This document shows, one piece after another, positions 23,248 to 35,297 of a DNA stretch of 35,297 bases. Source of the DNA: Reclinomonas americana ATCC 50394 (Eukaryota); the NCBI GenBank assembly GCA_048213135.1, contig PS015383.1, forward strand, positions 76,167 to 111,463, given 5' to 3'. The notes below the pieces were generated by a model. The model did not search any database and was not told where the DNA came from. It was given only the letters and a program-made list of their open reading frames with translations. The position numbers and the translations under genes were made by a program. The stretch's first letter is position 1. Each line of letters starts with the position of its first letter.

Positions 23248-26200
23248 NNNNNNNNNNNNNNNNNNNNNNNNNNNNNNNNNNNNNNNNNNNNNNNNNNNNN
23301 NNNNNNNNNNNNNNNNNNNNNNNNNNNNNNNNNNNNNNNNNNNNNNNNNNNNNNNNNNNNNNNNNNNNNNNNNNNNNNNNNNNNNNNNNNNNNNNNNNNN
23401 NNNNNNNNNNNNNNNNNNNNNNNNNNNNNNNNNNNNNNNNNNNNNNNNNNNNNNNNNNNNNNNNNNNNNNNNNNNNNNNNNNNNNNNNNNNNNNNNNNNN
23501 NNNNNNNNNNNNNNNNNNNNNNNNNNNNNNNNNNNNNNNNNNNNNNNNNNNNNNNNNNNNNNNNNNNNNNNNNNNNNNNNNNNNNNNNNNNNNNNNNNNN
23601 NNNNNNNNNNNNNNNNNNNNNNNNNNNNNNNNNNNNNNNNNNNNNNNNNNNNNNNNNNNNNNNNNNNNNNNNNNNNNNNNNNNNNNNNNNNNNNNNNNNN
23701 NNNNNNNNNNNNNNNNNNNNNNNNNNNNNNNNNNNNNNNNNNNNNNNNNNNNNNNNNNNNNNNNNNNNNNNNNNNNNNNNNNNNNNNNNNNNNNNNNNNN
23801 NNNNNNNNNNNNNNNNNNNNNNNNNNNNNNNNNNNNNNNNNNNNNNNNNNNNNNNNNNNNNNNNNNNNNNNNNNNNNNNNNNNNNNNNNGTCGACGGTCG
23901 GAATATTGAGGTCGGGCATCTCCTCGAGATCGCCATGCGCCGCCACGGCTGCTGCTGACAGTGGCGCACCGGACTCACTCTTGCGGTCACTGGGCGAACG
24001 AGCCGCCGAACCGACGCCACCGTCGCGCGGCGAGTGTGGTCGAGTGTGCGTGCGCGAGCCGGGAGCCGAGAGTGTGGTTGGGGCCAGGCGCGGTGCATCG
24101 AGATACGCAGACCCATTGGCCAAGTCGGCGCGCGTCAGCTGTGCCACGAATTAGCAAACACGAGCACACGTCATCGACACGAGAAAGACTCGTACCTTGC
24201 GCAGATATGAAGTACGCTGCTGCGGACGTGCCACGAGTTCACCGGGTGGACTGTCTGATGTCGGTGCCACGGCGACTGGGACACCGGCCGGGCTTGACAC
24301 GTAAAGTGACTGCGGATGAGTGAAGTGAGTGAGTGAACCATCGAGTACCAAGTGTGGGCGCAACGAGGGAGTGAGCGTACCAGGAGATTGCGCGACTCGT
24401 TGAGGCGGACATCACGTTCCGGACTGGAGCTGTGCTGACTGCCGGTGGCGACGGCGGTGGGTGGCGAGGAGCGGCGATTGCGCAGTGTGCGTTGCGCAGC
24501 CTCCATCATGGGATCGCGTGGGGATGTGGGCGCCGAGGTTGCCGACTTGGTGCCGGCGCCGACAGTCAGATAGGTCGGCGAACGGGGTGCACTTCGCGCC
24601 GCTGGCGATCCAGCAGGTGGCGGCACCGGCACCAACGGTGCTGCTGCTGTCGCGGCTGCTGTTGTCGCCGACACGCGGAGCTGAGGAGACTTGGCAAGTG
24701 GCTCGAGAATGGAACTCATGGCCTGCGCTGCGCCACGCGGCGACGACGGCGCAGTGATGGAGGGCCGGCGTGCGTGCAAAGGCGACGCAGAATCGAGGCG
24801 GAAGCGCACCGACGGGCTCACGCGATGCGGAGGTTGCGGTGGTGAGCCAGCTGCCACTGGCGACAGGTGATCGCCCGTCGCACTGCTCCGCAGGCGATTT
24901 TGTGCTGCGGCCGACAGCGACGATGACGGAAGTGGTTCAAGTCGCGGTGTGCCTGGTCGAGGCTGCGGCAGCGCGACCGGTGAAACATGGCTGTCATCGG
25001 AGAGGAGGTTGGTGAGCGTGCTGAGGCGGGGAAAGAGCAGAGGGTGCTGGCAAACGCAACATGGTTGTTGGCGACGATGCCGTCACATCAACCGAGAGCG
25101 GCGGGAGGCGACGGGGAGTCGGCGGTCGCACCGGAGGCAACACAGTGGTTGTTGCCGTTGTGGCTATTGTCGGTTGTGGTGGTGGTGGCGAGCCAGACGA
25201 CAATTCTGTGACACACTCACTCAGCAATGGGCGCGCACTGAGATGGACGCGCCGGCACGTGCGAGACTCACCCTTGGCTTTCTGAACGGCCGACACCATT
25301 TTCTGCACGAGACTGGAGGGTCGGTTGCGGCCGGGTGATGGCGGTTGGCTCATCGAGCTGCTTCGTCTGGCCACGCGTTTCTGCAGCTGCTGCTGCAGTT
25401 GCTCAATGCCCTACACACACAGTTTTGTTGAGAAGAACACGCGTTCACCCCTTCGTCGGTCACACTCTCTCACCTCACGAGTGTCGAGCATCGCCATCAC
25501 AGCAGAACGCGCAATGCCACTGGCGGTGGGCGCCGCCACCGACGACACCTTGTCGCGATCTGGAGTCTCCGGAAGTCGCAACTGCGGCACCTGCACGGGT
25601 GAGTTCGGCAATTGCGCCAACGGGGCCGCCAGATTCAGGTGCCCGATGATCACAGTCGAGAACAGCTCGCCGAGCGAACCCCTGCGTGCATTCACAACAG
25701 GGAGTGAGACGCACGACGGGGGAACGCCGAGTTACAACCCCTGGCCACCACGAAACTTGCCACCAAAGAGGACCAGCTGCGGCAGCGGGCCGACGGTGAT
25801 CACACAGGCGTGCTTGGAGCGCGGAGTAATGGCGTCAGAATCACGACGAGTCCACGGCTCTGCCGCAGGTGGCGCATCCCGATTCGCTGCCGCCATGGCG
25901 TGGTCCTCCAGGGCGTCTACCACAAGCGGAAGAACACGCAGTGAGCTCACGACTCGCAGTGCATTCGAAGAGCGCATGCAACGCACCGGCATTGGCCACC
26001 CAGCAGTCGCCGAGAGCATCTTGCCGATGATTGATGCCTCCAATGACGACAAGGATGCGGCCGAAAGACGACAGAGTCATGAACGAGCGCGGGCAAATCT
26101 GCTCCTGCACTCCCAAAAACGTCCACACGTTGGTGGTGGTGTCGTACACAAACAGCTCGTTGCTGTACTTGCTCTGCTGGTCACAAAAGCCGCCAAAGAG

Positions 26201-27328
26201 GAACAGGCCTGAGCGGTGCAGCACCAGGGTCAGAATAACGCACCGATGAGTACGCCTGTCAGTGCGAGGACGACGCAACGAGTGCCGACCGCAGTCATGG
26301 CATGACCGCACCGTGGCGATGGCACCTGTCCCTTCGGTTGCAACAGCGTGTACTCGTGGTCGCGCAAGTCAAACGAGCACATGCTATCGGTGGCGCGCAC
26401 GGAACCATCAAACACTTGCTGATTGCCTCCGAACACATACACAGTGGTGCCAACACGCGCACAGGCGGCCTCGTAGCGACCACGGAAAGTCGGGGGCATG
26501 CGCACGCGCTCAAAGTGCCCCGAGCCGTCACCCTTGTGCTTGTACCACTTGCGTTGCAGGCGCAAGCAGTACACATTGTGCAGACTGCAACACAGTCAGC
26601 TACCGACGCGAACACACGGCTGCGTTGTGACAGAGCGCAACATGTTCCCCGACGCGTCGAGTCCAGAGAAGAGATACACGTGGGCGCCAGAGGAGAACGC
26701 CAAGTGGTCGGTGCGACACAGCGGGTTTGCCACACCACCCGAACCCATCATGAGCGATGCCAGTGCCGGCGACGAGTTGAGCGCCACCGCCGCTATACAC
26801 AATACAAGAAAGAGTCAGCACTCTGCATATGGTGTCGCACTCCTTTGTAACGCTCACCGGCACTCGGGGCCTCCCAGGTGGTTGGCGGACGCGCCCATTC
26901 TCCCGATCCCGGCAGCTGAATGACACCAAAGCCTCCGTCGAGTGCCGCCGACGACTTGGACTGTCGACTCCATCCTCCGCACACCAACACACCACTCTCC
27001 GTGGCAGTCACTGTGGCGACGAGTGAGACAGAGTGTGATGTGTTTGACTGCATCAATGTGTTCGCAACTCGTGTGACCGACGCGTCCACTCAGCGACTAC
27101 ACACACACACACACACAGTGAGTGTTCTGTGGAGACGGAGAGCACAGTGTGTGTGAGGGAGAGGCGCACCTCATTGTATGGCACAAAAGGAGCAGCGATA
27201 ATGGAAGTGGTGACTGCTGAAGGCGACGAGGCCGACGCGTGAGACTCGCGCGGTGGTGACGGAGGCCTCTTTTGCTCTGCCGCAGTGTGCGACTCCTCCA
27301 CAGAGAGCACCTCAAATGTCAAGTCCAT
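22904..27328 (-). CDS. Kelch-repeat (beta-propeller) protein with long Ser/Pro/Arg-rich C-terminus; spans an assembly gap
   Basis: ATG at 27328. Kelch repeats after splicing: GRVGHTMTATESGVLVCGG, RTDHLAFSSGAHVYLFSG, RYEAACARVGTTVYVFGG, PSPRCGHAMTAVGTRLFLFGG...ELFVYDTTTNVW, PRSFMTLSSFGRILVVIGG, PRSKHACV...LVLFGGKG. The terminal exon ending at 22904 is assigned across the gap and is less certain. Confidence 0.85.
23197..23246. repeat. (GA)n microsatellite at gap edge
   Basis: Perfect GA run immediately before the N block; intronic in the kelch gene model. Confidence 0.95.
23248..23889. other. Assembly gap
   Basis: Run of N inside the kelch gene. Confidence 0.99.
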
Positions 27329-27434
27329 GAGGTAACACACACGCAGCGCGACTAATGTTGTTGATTGCCGAGAGCCGCCGAGATGATGCCCAAATTTGGT
27401 GAAAGTGTCTACACAATGCCATTCATTGTCTTCT

Positions 27435-30235
27435 TCATGTCGCGTCGTCGCCGGCACCGGCGAGAGCACGGGCGCGAGCTTCCCACATGGGTACTTCGTC
27501 GTCGCGACCGGCACGGCGGAGCACCAGCACGAGATTGCTGTAGGCCAGTGCGAAACCGGGCCACAAGCGGATGGCTTCCATGTAGTCTGCAGCGAGAAGG
27601 TCATTTTCTGAGATTTGTACCGAGACGCGCCTTGCCATGTACTTACCATTGATGGCTTCTGTGAACTGGTTGAGGGCGGTATATGCATTCTGTGCAAAAA
27701 GGCAAAATGCGTTAAGAATCTCAATGTCAGCAAAAAAATCGCGATTGCCAAGAGCACGCACTCCGCCTGTGAAATAACACAACAACAAACGGTGAGGGAA
27801 TCGCCGGTGCATCAGAAACAAGCGAAGAAACGAGCGAAGGGAAAAACGGCCGCCCCCCAAGAGGACGCACGATTCTGCAGGGAGAATCGCAGGTCAGCAA
27901 ACAACGTTCCGCACCGGGCCGTAGCATCTGTATTCATATATTCCACCCGACTCCGCGACGCAACATTCAGCGCTGTCCAGTTGTTCGCGTCCAACGCCAG
28001 TGCTCTTGTGCAGTCGTCTCTGTTATTTTGCACACAACATGCGATTCGCACGTCAGCGGACATGCACACGCAAAAGACAGGGGGACGTTGTCGTGCTGAC
28101 CTCGCTCCCATGAAGTCTCGCATGCAGTACAACGAATCGCCGTGCGCCACCCACGCCATGGAGCACTCGGGGTCCAACCACAATGCGTGCTCCGAGTCCC
28201 GCAACCCTGCGGCAACGACGGCGGTGTCAGGATGTGCAGAACAACAAACATGCAGTTGAATGGAGGTCACCGTCGTCGATGCGTCGACACCGATTGTGAC
28301 TTCTCGCTCGCCCGCACCACGCCAGCACAAGCCGTGGATCCAGTTCAATGGCCTCGTCTGTTGTTGCCGGAGAACATCATCATCATGAGGAGGAGAATGG
28401 CAGACAGGCAAAAGGTGAATGAAACAAGGCGACGCAACCGTACAGACGGGTGGCTTCCGCGAAATTACGATCGCGATACATGGTGTCGGCATCGCGCAAC
28501 TTGCGCAGTGCTCGCGATCGCCGAGCACTCGCTGCATGCGTCTCCAATGTCAACATCCACCAGCAAACAAGGGAGGTCAGTGCTGCAGATCCCTTTGCGA
28601 ACCTCTAGAAAACACTTGTGCACCACGGGCAAGCACCGTCGACATTGGTAATGCCAGCGCCATGTTGGCGACCCGTCCCGAAATGTCGGCCTTGATCAGC
28701 TCGTCTTGAATCGCCGCGTCCGCTGTGACCGACGAAGTCCCAATGTGTGTGATGAGCTGTGTAATGCACGAGCACATCCGACGGACGCACCTTCAGAGAC
28801 CGCCAGCAGCACCTGCAACATCTCTTCGACCCAGTCGATGCGAGGGATGCTGGCCGCCGACTCCAACCAACTCAGCGTCAACGGCACCATGCACAGGTAC
28901 CGGAAGGCACCGCTATTGCCGCGATGATCTGCGACAGCATGGAGAGGGGTTGGTGTGAGTGTGAAGCAGACACTTACTCGAAACTCTAGCACCAACGCAC
29001 CGGTCACCGCATTGCGGAGCGTCCGCAGCAGTGCGAGCGAGAGCATGTCCTCGCCCGTCCGTGACACTTCGCTCACCGCCAACGGCAACATGGCTTCACC
29101 CAACAACGAGAAGCGGTGGCACAAGCAGCGGAGCAGAACACGCAGACCCTCACAGTCGTGAAACGCATCCTGATTCCGTACACAACCTGCACAGACCAGT
29201 GAGCGATTTCAGTCCCTGCACAACTCTCTCGTTCACCTCCCGCAGACGAACCGGCCATGGCGTTCCCGATGCAGCCGAGCAGACATGAGGCAAGGAATGT
29301 CGGCGTTGACTCGCTGACCGCGCGAATCAGCAGCGACATGCCGTCGCAGTCGGCCAGCTCATGCTTGCTTTCGGAGCATTCTGTTTTCCGCACGCGTCAT
29401 CAGCGTCTTCACCACACACACCACACGCAAAGCGACACGCACCACACAAGAGAGCCCAGAGCGCAGCAGCCGCACGCTCACGGATCACAAGCGGCACCGA
29501 CGACGGCGGCGCAATCTGCATCAACAGAAGACTCGCGGCTCCCTGCTGCGCGGCCAGTCGTCGCTGCGCCGGGTTCACTGTACGCGCACAGAGAACAGAT
29601 CAGCTGTAAGCAACATGGCGGTCCACACACGTGCACACACACATACCATGTAACAGATCCGATAGCGTCGCCAGCGCCTCGACCAGCACCGACTCATCGA
29701 CACAGACACCACGCAACACACCCAACAACTGCGACAAGACCACCACCTGCTGCTGCCCGACAACCACCACATCCACCGTCGGCGTGGTGCTGACCGCCCG
29801 CTCATCCACCGCAACCACATTCCTCCGCGACACTTCTTCCACGGCGACCACCACCACCTCCTCCACTTCCTCTACATCATCATCTTCTTCGACCTCTGCC
29901 AATTCCCGCTTGGCGCACCACGGCGCACCACTCGGAGCGATCTTTGATCGCGTTATCAGTGGTGGCGGCGGTGGTGGTGAAGATGAGAGAGGAGAAGGCA
30001 GTGGAGGCTGCGCGCGTGCTCTCCGAACGCGTTGCGCTGGTGGTCGACGCGGTGCGATCGGCGAGTATGAATGCAGCGGACCGGCCACGGAAGACGAGGA
30101 CGAGGACGACGAGGAGGAGGAGGATCGCGATGCTGGCGCGTCGCGATTCGCTGTGTACGTGAGAGAGTGAGAGAGAGTGCTAGTGTAAGTGACTTAAAGC
30201 GAGCGCGCTTTCGGCGATGAGAATGACGCACCCAT
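27435..30235 (-). CDS. Armadillo-like repeat + C-terminal TPR repeat protein (~15 exons, including 4-nt and 5-nt microexons)
   Basis: ATG at 30235 (4-nt first coding exon, in-frame stop upstream). ARM-like helices: RERAAAALWALL, CLLGCIGNAMAGCVRNQDAFHDCEGLRVLL, ALLRTLRNAV. TPRs: ADTMYRDRNFAEATRLYDEAIELDP, AWCGRARSH...DSEHALWLDP, AWVAHGDSLY...DCTRALALDA, ALNNRGNAYTALNQFTEAINDYMEAIRLWP, ALAYSNL. TGA at 27435-27437. Confidence 0.85.
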
Positions 30236-30630
30236 TCGTTGTTGTGATCGCGGTTAGGCTGGTGGCGAGGCTGAGGATGAGGGTGATCTACTCGCTATGT
30301 GTGTGTGTGTGTGTGTGTGTGCGCGGAGTGCGTGATTGGAGACAGAGAGAAAGAGAGAGCAAGTGATGCTCGCGCGCGGGAAGGAAAAACTACAACCACG
30401 ACCCGCCAGCCACTCCATGTTGCGCGACTCACTCACTCACTCACTCTCACACACACACTCTCTCTCCACACGTGTGTGATCCTTCTCTGTGTGCTGCTAT
30501 TAACGCGTCATTGCTTCACTACTTCTCCTCGTCTTTTGTGTGTGTGAATATGAATATGGTTCGGACACTTGCTCACTCACACACACACACACAGATCAAG
30601 TGAGGCGAGCACGCACGTGCGCGGTTTGGC

Positions 30631-33600
30631 ATGAACACTCCGTCGCGTGTGCTCGCGCGCCGCGTGCGGGAGAGCGGTGCCACCAGCACGCAACGACAAC
30701 AACAACAACAACAACAGGCGCGACTGGAGAGTGTGAGTGGCCGCGGCGGTCTGCTCATCAATGCCGCCACTCTGGCCGCCCTCGCACCTCCATCCGCGTC
30801 TGCGCCCAAGTCGGGTGGGTACCCGGTGGTGCCGGAGGCGCAGANNNNNNNNNNNNNNNNNNNNNNNNNNNNNNNNNNNNNNNNNNNNNNNNNNNNNNNN
30901 NNNNNNNNNNNNNNNNNNNNNNNNNNNNNNNNNNNNNNNNNNNNNNNNNNNNNNNNNNNNNNNNNNNNNNNNNNNNNNNNNNNNNNNNNNNNNNNNNNNN
31001 NNNNNNNNNNNNNNNNNNNNNNNNNNNNNNNNNNNNNNNNNNNNNNNNNNNNNNNNNNNNNNNNNNNNNNNNNNNNNNNNNNNNNNNNNNNNNNNNNNNN
31101 NNNNNNNNNNNNNNNNNNNNNNNNNNNNNNNNNNNNNNNNNNNNNNNNNNNNNNNNNNNNNNNNNNNNNNNNNNNNNNNNNNNNNNNNNNNNNNNNNNNN
31201 NNNNNNNNNNNNNNNNNNNNNNNNNNNNNNNNNNNNNNNGTCGTCGGTGCTCGCACCAAGCATGGTGTCTGTGGAAAAGTACCCGGGTGTGGTTCGCTTG
31301 CATCACAACGACTATCCGGCCCTGCTGGACCCCGACCTCGACGCTCTCGAGGCGCGCAAGCAGCGGCGAGGGACGATTGACCTCGCCACAGCTTCCATGT
31401 TTCGTCTGCCCGGATCCGCAGCTCCAACTCCCAAGCCGCAGGCTGGACTGTCATCTATTCACGAGGCGCGATCGGATGCCGATGAACTCAGCAGGTTCCG
31501 TTGCATCCGCACCGTGCGCACAAGAGCCATCATCGTGCACTCATTATGTCTTGCGTGTGAGCAGTGCTCTGCTGGGCAACCCGTCGCTCGGACGCGTCCA
31601 CGACGTGCCGCGACCGCGCGTGGAACTGACGCAGGCTGAACGCATGTTGTCGCAATTGAATGCCAAGCATGGCATTGTGGATAGCGCGCCGCCGGTTGCA
31701 GTGGCGTCGGCGATACCCGTGCGTCCGGTGCCATCGTGGACACTGCCGAACGAGGTGTTGCGCGCGGCGGCCCAGAAGCAGAATGGAGATCCGACGCACT
31801 GGGGCGACCAGGTGGTAAGCCCCGACGCCAGTGAGTTGGCGATGCTCACTGGCCTGGTGGAGGTGTGTGTGTATGATGACAGCGATTGCTGTGTGTCGTG
31901 GGTGTGCGCGAACTCATGTGTCTCCCCCAATGTGTGTCTCTCACCACAGCCCTCCAATCGTCTGGGTTCTCCGGCCTTGGCGCCAATCGACGCCCTGCAA
32001 CGCGACTCATCGCCTCTGGGAGTGGTGCAGCCGTACGCTGCGGAGGAGGGGCTCGGTGCTGATGCCTCGTTTGATGACATGGTGGCGAACCTGCTGCGGC
32101 GGCAGGGTGGTGATGAGGAGGGAGAGGCGGGCGGAGAAATGCTGGACACTGGCCAGATGCCGCCAGAGATGCTCATGCAACAACTGCAGGAGCTGCAAGA
32201 GCAGCTCGGCATTGGTGCCGACGAACTTGCACATGTCCTCGATGCTCATGCGCAAGGTGCCGAATTCGTGCGTCCTTTGCATCAAGAGTTGCCTGAGGAA
32301 GGGCTGGCGGCGGAGGGAAGTGGCCTCGGTCTCCCCACGGCACCGTCAGAAGGTGTTGCAGAGTTGATGGCTTCGGCTGTGACGGCGGAAACAACTGCGG
32401 CGGTGAACTCGCCGACACCTCCTCCGCCACTTGTCGCCTCGCCACACCCGGTGAGTCCTGCTTGAATTCAGAGAGAGAGGGGTGTTGTCATCGGCATTCT
32501 CACACATGGAAATGTGTACAGCCTCCCCCCGAAATCGACCTGGCGGCGTTTGGTATGACCATTCCCGACATCAAGTTGCCGCCGCTGCCGGTGGAGGAGG
32601 TGCCAGTGGTGGCGGTGGCGGAGCAGCAGTCACACGTGAATGAGCCGTCGTCCTCGCGTGCCGCGGACGCGTCTGCGTTGGCGGTCGTGCCGCAGACACC
32701 AGTAACAGTGGTGACCACTGTTGCGTGTGATTGTGGTGTTCCGTAGCAGATGCGCTTGGATTCTTTCACCAACATTTCTGCACTGGAACGCAGGTGACGG
32801 CCACTCTCTCACCAGAGCAACTGGAGGAGATGGAATCGCAGCGCCGGAGATTGGACGAAGAAGAACGGCTGCTGGAGGAGCAGCGCAGATTACAGCAGGA
32901 GATGTTGGTGCATCAGGCAGAGCAGGATCGCCTGCAGGCCGAGCAGGCCAAGATGCAGGAGGAGATGGATCGTTGCGTGTGTGTGTCGCGCATGGGAGTT
33001 GTTTTCCGTGTGCACTCGTATCCTCACGTCTCCCAACCACTCGCCAGAGCGCATGCGTGAGTTGCAGGAGCAACTGAGGCAGCAGAACGATGTGTACGCA
33101 CAAAGCCTGCTGAAATACGGAGAGGACATGGACGAGAAACTGCGCGCGCAGCAACAGAGTCAACTCGCGAAACAGGAAGTGCGTTGTTGCAACGACTTTG
33201 AAGCTTACCTCCTCTCATGTTATTAATATGTGTGTCGGCAACCAGGAAGAACTGCGGAGACTGGAGGCAGAATTTAAGTACCAGCAGCAGCAGCTGGTCG
33301 AGCAAGAGGTCAGTGAGCGTCACCGGTGGCACAAAGTTTGCTGCGATCGCGGCGTTTGATGATGGTGGCTCATTGTGGGCGATTGCAGCTGAAAGTGGAG
33401 CTGGAGAAGCAACTTGCTGCGCAGCGGCAGGGCATGCAAGAGGAGCTGTTGTCGCTGATGGAACAGCAGCGAGCCGAATTAGCGCGTTCACAGGCCGAGG
33501 CCGACAAGGCCATGCAGGAGGAGCAAGTGAAGATCATGTCGGAGAACTTGCGCGTGCAGCTGGAAGAGGAGCGCCGGTGTGTATTGATTTGCGGATTAGC

Positions 33601-35297
33601 CCCTCTCCTGCTCGGTGTGGGATCTCTCTCTCAACCTTGCCTGCGTGTTGTGTCTGCGCGCAGTCGCCAAGACGAACAACAAAAATCAATGATGGAGGAG
33701 CGCCAGCAAGCACTGCTGAAGGAGCTGGAGGAGCAGGTTGGTGGAGCGTCGGTGAACCATCGATGCGTGTCAATTCTGCTGAACCGCATTGATCGTGCTG
33801 TAGCTGGCATCGCAAGCGGCTGCTCGACTAAAGGTGGAACAGGAGCGACTGGAGCGGGAGCGTGAGGAGGCGGAACGCAGTCGAGAAGCCATGCGACAGC
33901 AAATCGAACAGCAGCGACAGATGCTGGAGGCGCTGGAGGAGAGGCGACGCAAGGAGCTGCAGGAGATGGAGCAGCGATTGGAGTTGTTGAATCAGCAGCG
34001 AGTGGAGGAGCAGACGAAGCTGCGAGGTAATTTTAAGGAGTGTGTTGACGTGCTCGTTCCTAGTTGCTTACTGTGTCCGGGGCAGAGGAACAACGTCTCC
34101 TGATGGAGGCAGAGCGACAGCGTGTGGATGAGGAGCGACAACGTCTGCACGACGAAATCCGGCAGGCCACGGAGGTGGCAGTGGCGGCGGCCAAGGCAGC
34201 CGCTGCATCGGCTGCTACCGCGGCCGCCATTCCGCACGCAGCATTGCAGGCCGCAGAGCAGGCATCGATTGCTGCCGCGCAGCAACAGCAGCAGCAACAA
34301 CAACAATGGCAGCAGCAGCAGCAGCAGCAGCAGCCGCAGTATGTGAAACCGTCGCCAGAGGCATTCGAGATCAGTGGTGTTCCTGGTGCAGGACCAAGTG
34401 CGGCCGGCGATGCTGCGTCTCAGTCGTCGGTGCTCTACACTGGATCGCTGCCGCCGCAGCAGGTGGCCGGGGCGGTGCCGTCGTCGGTCAGTGACGCGAG
34501 AGAGAACTGCAGTGCTCATGCAAAGCTATTTGTCACTTATTCTCGTATGCCAGGAGTCGGCCAAGGCGCGTGCTGGCGGTCGTGCAGACGGCAGTGCCGT
34601 TGGAGGCGACGTCAAGCTGACTGGTCAAGCGGGTCTGGGTGTCCTCGGCACACCAGGCATGATTTCTGTTGCGTCCTCAGTGCGCCACTGCGCATTTATG
34701 TGCACGCTGTGATGTGTGTAATTCTGACCCTATCTTCTGTATTTTTTTGCAGCCTTTGGCTGGCGGCGGCGATGCGGACGTGTCGGTGGCCGGCCGTGCC
34801 GCCAATCCAGCGCGATCGGCAGCGCTCAGTCCGCGAAGCAATGCCAGCAGCACACCGCGTTCCGGTGCCAGTGGCGAGGAGTGGGAGCCACGACCGGAGC
34901 CGCTGCGGTTATCGCAGACGCCAACACGGCAGTTGAACCAAGCTATTCCGCTGGCCCAACCCGCTCTGCTGGCCTCACGCACCACCCCGAGCCCACCGCC
35001 AATCGCGGCACCAGCGTCTCTCTCCGCGTCACCGCCTCGTCGGTCGCGTGCCTCGCTGTCGCCACCCGAGTACTCCACACGACTGCGTGACCTGTCACCA
35101 CCCGGGGGCTCATCGCGGCTGTATGGGCGCACTCCGCTCGAATTGTCGTATCAGGCGGTCGACCGCATTGATGAGTTCGCTCGGCAGCACGCCTCCGGTG
35201 AGGCACCGGTGGAGGAGAAAGCAGCCGTACGACTTCCACCGCTGGTGCGGCCGGCGCCGCCGTCGGCAGCCTCCATTGCTCAGTCGCTGTCGCGTAC
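30631..35297 (+). CDS. Large uncharacterised protein with long E/Q/R-rich coiled coil and Ser/Pro-rich regions; 3' end beyond the window; spans a gap
   Basis: ATG at 30631 with an in-frame stop at 30601. At least 12 phase-compatible GT-AG introns follow the gap. Heptad-rich exons at ~32794-34200 (EQLEEMESQRRRLDEEERLLEEQRRLQQE...). The frame is still open at the window end. Joining the 5' exon across the gap is an assumption. Confidence 0.75.
30845..31239. other. Assembly gap
   Basis: Run of N. Confidence 0.99.

Noticed and set aside
402-34674. Atypical donors read as non-GT (TT-AG) introns cut one base later
   Set aside because: Cutting after the G frameshifts conserved motifs such as NGN|VDLIC, so the introns are GT-AG and only the downstream motif is shifted.

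Overview
Gene-dense, GC-rich, intron-rich eukaryotic (protist-like) nuclear DNA using the standard code, with short (mostly 55-105 nt) spliceosomal introns, many microsatellites and three assembly gaps. Manual exon reconstruction gives 11 genes or gene fragments: the 3' part of a coiled-coil protein, a secreted S10 serine carboxypeptidase, pescadillo/Nop7 (PES1), two tandem GARP/G2-like Myb transcription factors, a 3' gene fragment, an arrestin-domain protein with a C-terminal WW domain, a transmembrane RING-H2 E3 ligase, a kelch-repeat protein, an ARM+TPR protein and a long coiled-coil protein that runs off the end. The most unusual signal is in the splicing code. About 29 of ~90 modelled introns start with an atypical GTT(G/T/C)CG donor, in which the conserved G sits at +6 instead of +5, and these donors are almost never preceded by an exonic G. 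The window also has consecutive 4-nt and 5-nt microexons that rebuild a TPR motif, a run of four microexons in the RING gene, and a GC-AG intron inside a GARP DNA-binding helix. All gene models and counts are by eye and need RNA-seq confirmation. The organism cannot be identified from this window.
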